Below are positions 1 through 4,057 of a DNA stretch of 4,057 nt, one piece after another. The translations under genes were made by a program, and so were the position numbers. Below the pieces are notes generated by a model, which did not search any database, had not been told where the DNA came from, and worked only from the letters and a program-made list of their open reading frames with translations. Location of the stretch: positions 1 to 4,057 of the IMG/VR virus record IMGVR_UViG_3300029873_000288. One strand, given 5' to 3'. The stretch comes from a virus. Lineage: Duplodnaviria; Heunggongvirae; Uroviricota; Caudoviricetes. The stretch's first letter is position 1; the number at the start of each line of letters is the position of its first letter.

Positions 1-1
1 G

Positions 2-451
2 TGCGTGGTCATCATTGCCCTGCTGGTGGCCTGTGGTGCGCTTAGTCTGGGGCTGAATCATTACCGTGATAACGCCATTACCTACAAAGCCCAGCGCGAC
101 AAAAATGTCAGAGAACTGAAGCTGGCGAACGCGGCAATTACTGACATGCAGATGCGTCAGCGTGATGTTGCTGCGCTCGATGCAAAATACACGAAGGAGT
201 TAGCTGATGCGAAAGCTGAAAATGATGCTCTGCGTGATGATGTTGCCGCTGGTCGTCGTCGGTTGCACATCAAAGCAGTCTGTCAGTCAGTGCGTGAAGC
301 CACCACCGCCTCCGGCGTGGATAATGCAGCCTCCCCCCGACTGGCAGACACCGCTGAACGGGATTATTTCACCCTCAGAGCGCGACTGATAATAATGCAA
401 AAACAACTTGAAGGGGCACAGCTATACATTCGAGAGCAATGCCTCAGATAA
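2..451 (+). CDS. Rz: Rz-like i-spanin (inner-membrane spanin subunit of the lysis cassette); 5' end lies upstream of the window
   Basis: Open frame runs from the window edge to TAA at 449-451. The translation (..[107 protein letters not shown]..) is near-identical to lambda Rz as recalled. An N-terminal hydrophobic segment is followed by a coiled-coil-like charged region, and an Rz1-like gene is embedded in the +1 frame. The GTG at 5 is probably not the true start. Confidence 0.9.
   Translation, partial: CVVIIALLVACGALSLGLNHYRDNAITYKAQRDKNVRELKLANAAITDMQMRQRDVAALDAKYTKELADAKAENDALRDDVAAGRRRLHIKAVCQSVREATTASGVDNAASPRLADTAERDYFTLRARLIIMQKQLEGAQLYIREQCLR
207..389 (+). CDS. Rz1: Rz1-like o-spanin (outer-membrane lipoprotein), entirely embedded in the +1 frame of Rz
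   Basis: ATG at 207 is preceded by AAGGAG at 195-200. The 60-aa product [20 protein letters not shown].. has a lipobox (VVGC, Cys20) and a proline-rich mature region ([15 protein letters not shown]), and ends at TGA 387-389. It is almost identical to lambda Rz1 as recalled. Confidence 0.85.
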   Translation: MRKLKMMLCVMMLPLVVVGCTSKQSVSQCVKPPPPPAWIMQPPPDWQTPLNGIISPSERD

Positions 452-758
452 AAACCGGCCAAGGATAATCCGCTGAAGATTCGCCGGTGGCTAAAGTGTG
501 CCAAGAGTTCAATTTACGCAATTACTCCTGTCGATGCTATGCACCGTCTTTGTGAAGTCAATGGATACCTGATTTATTTCTGTGCGCTGTATCGTCGCTG
601 TACTCTTGCATTAATTATGACTGTAGCCTGACGGGGAACTCCTTCTGCACAAGTGTGGGGGAATAATCAAAAACGATGCACACCGGGGTTACCGGGTACA
701 CATATTTCATCATGCCAGCGAGTCCGGTTCTGGTACGGAAGAAACCGGACGTTATGAT

Positions 759-1169
759 TTAGTGCGGAAATATTTGTGTAGTGTTCTGAATGTTCTCAGT
801 AAAGAGTAATGAATTATCAAAGGTATAGTAATATCTTTTGTTTTCGTGGATATTTGTAATCCATCTGAAAACCCCTGCTGTAGCAAGATTTTTCCTGTAT
901 TCGTAAAATGATAACTCTCCTGATTTGAATCCTTTTAAGGTGGCTTCTATAAGGCATTTATTTTTTGAAAATCTTACATTTACAACCTTACCCTGTCCTT
1001 TTATTAAAACCGTATTATCGTTTTCAAGAACAAGATGAATATTCTCTGTGGCTAAATAGTAAATGTAATGTGAGACATTGTGACGTTTTAGTTCAGAATA
1101 AAACCAGTGATAGTTTAAATTATTTCGCACTTTATCGAATATTTGTTTAAAAATGGCAACCTGAGCCAT
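759..1169 (-). CDS. DUF1398-family protein, homologous to the lambda p78 'putative envelope protein' (YbcV/YdfO-like); function unknown
   Basis: Minus-strand ORF with stop TAA (revcomp of 759-761). The preferred start is the ATG at 1167-1169 ([11 protein letters not shown]..), which has a GGAAGG Shine-Dalgarno 9-14 nt upstream. The alternative upstream ATG at 1182-1184 (MEGTTMAQ..) has no SD. The 136-aa product resembles lambda p78 ([34 protein letters not shown]..) as recalled. Confidence 0.8.
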   Translation of the reverse strand: MAQVAIFKQIFDKVRNNLNYHWFYSELKRHNVSHYIYYLATENIHLVLENDNTVLIKGQGKVVNVRFSKNKCLIEATLKGFKSGELSFYEYRKNLATAGVFRWITNIHENKRYYYTFDNSLLFTENIQNTTQIFPH

Positions 1170-1226
1170 TGTAGTACCTTCCATGTGATATGAGGGGGCG
1201 TAGTCTGCACGATTATCTAAATTGCT

Positions 1227-1460
1227 TCAATCTGGTCTGATCTGTTTTCTGAGCAATTCAGTAATGTCACTCTTTTCTTTGTTTGCTTCAGGCGAAACTC
1301 TTTTTTCTGAGCACAGTCTCCGGCGGCAGGCTTCAATGACCCAGGCTGAGAAATTCCCGGACCCTTTTTGAACAAGAGCGATGTTAATTTGTTCAATCAT
1401 TTGGTTAGGAAAGCGGATGTTGCGGGTTGTTGTTCTGCGGGTTCTGTTCTTCGTTGACAT
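1227..1460 (-). CDS. Small Arc/Mnt-like ribbon-helix-helix (RHH) DNA-binding protein, 77 aa, function unknown
   Basis: Minus-strand ORF from ATG (revcomp of 1458-1460) to TGA (revcomp of 1227-1229). It has a basic N-terminal tail (MSTKNRTRRTTTR) followed by NIRFPNQMIEQINIALVQKGSGNFSAWVIEA, which aligns position by position with the P22 Arc strand-helix-loop-helix (NLRWPREVLDLVRKVAEENGRSVNSEIYQRV). The 5' two-thirds of the gene and the flank up to cos look near-identical to the lambda right end as recalled. Weak SD (AGGG, 7 nt spacing). Confidence 0.7.
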   Translation of the reverse strand: MSTKNRTRRTTTRNIRFPNQMIEQINIALVQKGSGNFSAWVIEACRRRLCSEKRVSPEANKEKSDITELLRKQIRPD

Positions 1461-1629
1461 GAGGTTGCCCTGTATTCAGTGTCGCTGATTTGTATTGTCT
1501 GAAGTTGTTTTTACGTTAGGTTGATGCAGATCAATTAATACGATACCTGCGTCATAATTGATTATTTGACGTGGTTTGATGGCCTCCACGCACGTTGTGA
1601 TATGTAGATGATAATCATTATCGCTTTAC

Positions 1630-1636
1630 GGGTCCT
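1630..1636. other. cosQ (termination element for DNA packaging), approximate position
   Basis: The segment TTTACGGGTCCTTTCCGGTGATCCGACAGGTTACG immediately left of cosN matches the lambda right end as recalled. The 7-bp GGGTCCT lies about 24-30 bp upstream of the top-strand nick, where lambda cosQ maps. The exact boundaries are from memory and uncertain. Confidence 0.5.
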
Positions 1637-1659
1637 TTCCGGTGATCCGACAGGTTACG

Positions 1660-1671
1660 GGGCGGCGACCT
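1660..1671. other. cosN, the 12-nt cohesive-end sequence (GGGCGGCGACCT); terminase nicks are expected at 1659/1660 (top strand) and 1671/1672 (bottom strand)
   Basis: Exact lambda cohesive-end sequence GGGCGGCGACCT, flanked on the left by ..CAGGTTACG (lambda right end) and on the right by CGCGGGTTTTCGCTATTTATGAAAATTTT (lambda left end). Confidence 0.85.
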
Positions 1672-1710
1672 CGCGGGTTTTCGCTATTTATGAAAATTTT
1701 TAGGGAAAAA

Positions 1711-1725
1711 TCAGATCCGTTCTTC
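1711..1725 (+). promoter_or_regulatory. cosB R3-like element (terminase small-subunit binding site), TCAGATCCGTTCTTC
   Basis: One of three copies of the core TCAGATCC(G/T)TT(C/T)T. Its position and orientation match lambda R3. The right half (CCGTTCTTCTTC) is shared with lambda R3, while the left half differs (TCAGATC here, GCGTTTC in lambda). Confidence 0.6.
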
Positions 1726-1732
1726 TTCTTTT

Positions 1733-1745
1733 TAACTGATTGATT
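1733..1745 (-). promoter_or_regulatory. IHF binding site (I1-like) within cosB
   Basis: The reverse complement of 1733-1745 is AATCAATCAGTTA, a perfect match to the IHF consensus WATCAANNNNTTR. An A/T-rich tract (1746-1769) flanks it on the side expected for IHF sites. It sits between R3 and R2, as I1 does in lambda. Confidence 0.6.
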
Positions 1746-1764
1746 ATAAATAGAATTTTAAAAA

Positions 1765-1781
1765 TATAAAAGGATCTGACA
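1765..1781 (-). promoter_or_regulatory. cosB R2-like element, inverted orientation (minus strand TCAGATCCTTTTAT)
   Basis: GGATCTGA at 1772-1779 is the inverted copy of the TCAGATCC core. It lies between the R3-like and R1-like copies, reproducing the forward-inverted-forward arrangement of lambda R3-R2-R1. Confidence 0.55.
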
Positions 1782-1810
1782 AAGGCTGTTTTTGTTAGAA
1801 AACGCCATTT

Positions 1811-1825
1811 TCAGATCCTTTCTGG
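1811..1825 (+). promoter_or_regulatory. cosB R1-like element, TCAGATCCTTTCTGG
   Basis: Third copy of TCAGATCC(G/T)TT(C/T)T, about 15 bp upstream of the Nu1 start codon. Confidence 0.6.
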
Positions 1826-1840
1826 TTCCCGGGGGAGTGT

Positions 1841-2389
1841 ATGAACGTCAATAAGAAAAAACTGGCCGATATTTTTGGCGTTGATGTCAGGACCATCACC
1901 GCCTGGCAGAGTCAGGGGTTACCACTAGTTTCTGGTGGAGGGAAAGGGACTGAATCAGTTTTTGATACAACTGCTGCCATTCAGTGGTATGCGCAGAGGG
2001 AAGCTGATATTGAAAACGAAAAACTCCGTAAAGAGATCGAGGATTTGAGGGCTGCCAGCGAATCAGACCTTCAGCCCGGCACCATTGATTACGAACGTTA
2101 CCGACTGACGAAGGCACAGGCCGATGCACAGGAGCTGAAAAATGCTCGTGAGGAAGGCCTTGTCCTCGAGACAGAGTTATTTACCTACATCTTTCAGCGA
2201 GTGGCACAGAATATATCAGGGATCCTTGTCCGTGTCCCTCAGACACTGCAGCGTAAATACCCTGATATATCACCCGTACATCTTGATGCTGTGAAAACTG
2301 AAATCGCGAAAGCATCCGATGTGGCTTCTGAAGCCGGTGAGAATGTGCGCAGGTGGATTGATGATTTCAGACGAACTGAGGGCGGCTAA
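1841..2389 (+). CDS. Nu1: Terminase small subunit (Nu1-like; winged-HTH cosB-binding protein)
   Basis: ATG at 1841 is preceded by GGGGGAG (1831-1837); stop TAA at 2387-2389. The 182-aa product [38 protein letters not shown].. is collinear with lambda Nu1 (MEVNKKQLADIFGASIRTIQNWQEQGMPVLRGGGKGNE..) as recalled. It has an N-terminal HTH and the GGGKG motif, and sits immediately downstream of cosB. Confidence 0.95.
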   Translation: MNVNKKKLADIFGVDVRTITAWQSQGLPLVSGGGKGTESVFDTTAAIQWYAQREADIENEKLRKEIEDLRAASESDLQPGTIDYERYRLTKAQADAQELKNAREEGLVLETELFTYIFQRVAQNISGILVRVPQTLQRKYPDISPVHLDAVKTEIAKASDVASEAGENVRRWIDDFRRTEGG

Positions 2390-4057
2390 TTCTGCAGGAG
2401 CGATAGCAACCGGCCTCCTTGCGCTAAAAATTCCTGTCCCTCTGACGACAGTTCAGTGGGCAGATCGACATTATTACCTTCCGAAAGAGTCATCTTACAC
2501 CCCGGGGCGGTGGGAAACACTGCCGTTTCAGGTTGCCATCATGAACAGCATGGGGAATGACCGGATCCGCACTGTTAATCTGATTAAATCTGCCCGTGTT
2601 GGTTATACAAAGATGTTGCTGGGAGTGGAGGCTTATTTTATTGAGCATAAATCACGCAACAGCCTTCTTTTCCAGCCCACGGATTCTGCTGCTGAAGATT
2701 TTATGAAATCTCATGTGGAACCCACGATCAGGGATGTGCCGGTTTTACTCGATCTTGCACCGTGGTTTGGGCGTAAACATCGTGATAATACCCTCACGCT
2801 GAAACGTTTTTCATCGGGCGTGGGCTTCTGGTGCCTGGGCGGGGCTGCCGCTAAAAACTACCGTGAAAAATCCGTGGACGTGGTCTGCTATGACGAACTT
2901 TCCTCGTTCGAACCGGATGTCGAAAAAGAGGGTTCGCCAACCCTGCTTGGGGATAAACGTATTGAGGGCTCTGTATGGCCCAAATCCATTCGCGGCTCGA
3001 CGCCTAAAATCAAAGGCACCTGCCAGATCGAAAAAGCGGCCAACGAGTCGGCGCATTTCATGCGTTTTTATGTGCCCTGCCCACACTGTGGGGAGGAGCA
3101 GTATCTGAAATTTGGCGATGAATCCACGCCTTTTGGCCTTAAATGGGAGAAGGACAGCCCCGAAAGCGTTTTCTACCTCTGTGAACATCATGGCTGCGTG
3201 ATCCATCAGTCTGAGCTTGACCAGAGCAACGGGCGGTGGATCTGTGAAAACACGGGGATGTGGACCCGTGACGGTCTGACGTTTTTCAGCGCCGCGGATA
3301 ATGAAATTCCGCCGCCGCGCTCCATCACGTTCCATATCTGGACGGCGTACAGTCCGTTCACCACATGGGTACAGATAGTCTATGACTGGCTGGATGCACT
3401 GAAAGATCCCAACGGCCTGAAAACCTTTGTGAACACCACGCTGGGCGAGACCTGGGAAGAGGCCGTGGGCGAAAAACTCGATCACCAGGTACTGATGGAT
3501 AAGGTTGTTCATTACACGGCGGCGGTGCCTGCCCGGGTGGTTTATCTGACGGCGGGCATTGACTCGCAGCGAAACCGTTTTGAGATGTATGTCTGGGGAT
3601 GGGCTCCGGGAGAGGAAGCCTTTCTGGTGGATAAAATCATCATTATGGGACGTCCCGATGAGGAAGAGACGCTGTTACGTGTGGATGCGGCGATCAACAA
3701 AAAATACCGCCATGCGGATGGCACCGAAATGACCATTTCCCGTGTCTGCTGGGACACCGGGGGGATCGATGGTGAAATCGTCTACCAGAGGTCAAAAAAA
3801 CACGGTGTTTTCCGTGTGCTGCCGGTAAAAGGCGCGTCTGTCTATGGCAAGCCGGTGATCACCATGCCGAAAACCCGCAATCAGCGGGGCGTTTATCTGT
3901 GTGAAGTGGGGACGGACACCGCAAAAGAAATTCTCTATGCCCGTATGAAAGCCGAGCCCACGCCTGCGGATGAAGCCACGTCGTATGCCATCCGTTTTCC
4001 TGATGATCCGGAGATTTTTTCGCAGACAGAGGCGCAGCAACTGGTCGCGGAAGAGCT
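2361..4057 (+). CDS. A: Terminase large subunit (gpA-like), 3'-truncated by the window edge; about 565 codons are present
   Basis: ATG at 2361 is preceded by AGGTGG (2351-2356) and overlaps the last 29 nt of Nu1. The frame stays open to the window end. The translation (..[117 protein letters not shown]..) is collinear with lambda gpA as recalled, including the N-terminal ATPase motif KSARVGYTK (codons 76-84, nt 2586-2612). This ORF is missing from the supplied track only because it has no in-window stop. Confidence 0.95.
   Translation, partial: MISDELRAANSAGAIATGLLALKIPVPLTTVQWADRHYYLPKESSYTPGRWETLPFQVAIMNSMGNDRIRTVNLIKSARVGYTKMLLGVEAYFIEHKSRNSLLFQPTDSAAEDFMKSHVEPTIRDVPVLLDLAPWFGRKHRDNTLTLKRFSSGVGFWCLGGAAAKNYREKSVDVVCYDELSSFEPDVEKEGSPTLLGDKRIEGSVWPKSIRGSTPKIKGTCQIEKAANESAHFMRFYVPCPHCGEEQYLKFGDESTPFGLKWEKDSPESVFYLCEHHGCVIHQSELDQSNGRWICENTGMWTRDGLTFFSAADNEIPPPRSITFHIWTAYSPFTTWVQIVYDWLDALKDPNGLKTFVNTTLGETWEEAVGEKLDHQVLMDKVVHYTAAVPARVVYLTAGIDSQRNRFEMYVWGWAPGEEAFLVDKIIIMGRPDEEETLLRVDAAINKKYRHADGTEMTISRVCWDTGGIDGEIVYQRSKKHGVFRVLPVKGASVYGKPVITMPKTRNQRGVYLCEVGTDTAKEILYARMKAEPTPADEATSYAIRFPDDPEIFSQTEAQQLVAEE

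Noticed and set aside
454-488. Inverted repeat ACCGGC..GCCGGT immediately after the Rz stop, considered as an intrinsic terminator
   Set aside because: Only a 6-bp stem with a loop of about 23 nt and no downstream T-tract. Late transcription in lambdoid phages is also expected to read through this region into cos and the head genes.
539-631. 30-codon Cys-rich small ORF (MHRLCEVNGYLIYFCALYRRCTLALIMTVA) in the Rz to DUF1398 spacer
   Set aside because: No Shine-Dalgarno sequence upstream (CTCCTGTCG), no recognisable promoter, and a 30-codon open frame is expected by chance in 300 bp. It cannot be supported as a gene without expression or conservation data.
724-748. Hairpin CCGGTT..AACCGG just downstream (minus strand) of the DUF1398 stop, considered as a terminator
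   Set aside because: A 6-7 bp stem with an 11-nt loop and no U-run following it on the minus-strand transcript. A similar sequence exists in lambda as recalled, so it may be a conserved structure, but it is not a canonical rho-independent terminator.
965-1150. 61-aa + strand ORF inside the DUF1398 gene
   Set aside because: Antisense to the conserved minus-strand DUF1398 frame; product of an AT-rich frame with no RBS.
1461-1620. Promoter for the RHH gene, or an outward promoter, in the region between the RHH start and cosQ
   Set aside because: Only weak candidates were found (for example TTGATG, 16 nt, TGATAT on the + strand; nothing better than 3-4 of 6 matches on the minus strand). A 7-bp inverted repeat TCAATTA..TAATTGA (1531-1560) is present, but a promoter or operator cannot be assigned by eye.
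1896-2129. 77-aa minus-strand ORF inside Nu1
   Set aside because: Antisense to the Nu1 coding frame, which is strongly supported by its match to lambda Nu1 and by its cosB context.
2863-3108. 81-aa + strand ORF in an alternative frame inside gene A
   Set aside because: Out of frame with the conserved gpA reading frame, basic low-complexity translation, no independent RBS.
2811-3512. 233-aa minus-strand ORF from the six-frame track
   Set aside because: It is antisense to the clearly coding, lambda-gpA-collinear frame on the + strand. Its translation is Arg/Gly/Ala/Pro-rich with low complexity, which is typical of a chance antisense ORF in GC-rich coding DNA, and it has no SD or start context.
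3542-4040. Two further minus-strand ORFs (3542-3757 and 3792-4040) antisense to gene A
   Set aside because: Same reasoning: they lie wholly inside the gpA coding frame and have the Arg/Ser-rich composition of frame artefacts.
1-4057. CRISPR array, tRNA or rRNA genes, IS elements, integrase or att site, or an identifiable anti-phage defence operon
   Set aside because: No regularly spaced direct repeats, no cloverleaf-like segments, no terminal inverted repeats flanking a transposase, and no unexplained ORF over about 80 codons. All substantial coding capacity is accounted for by Rz/Rz1, the two accessory genes and the terminase genes.

Overview
This window covers the cos junction of a lambdoid (lambda-like) phage or prophage, with no unexplained gene-sized coding capacity and no evidence of a novel system. 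Left to right: the 3' end of the lysis cassette (Rz i-spanin with the embedded Rz1 o-spanin lipoprotein gene, + strand); a short non-coding spacer where lambda carries bor; a two-gene minus-strand accessory cassette (an Arc/Mnt-like ribbon-helix-helix ORF followed by a DUF1398/lambda-p78-like ORF); a complete cos site (cosQ, cosN, cosB with three R-elements and an IHF site); and the terminase genes Nu1 (small subunit, complete) and A (large subunit, 3'-truncated by the window edge). cosQ and cosN look identical to lambda, but the cosB R-elements and the Nu1 recognition helix differ, pointing to a non-lambda (phage 21-like) packaging specificity. The only candidate for something undescribed is the RHH plus DUF1398 cassette, and that is a hypothesis rather than a demonstrated system. 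All comparisons to lambda are from memory of the lambda sequence, not from a database search. No tRNA, rRNA, CRISPR array or IS element is visible.
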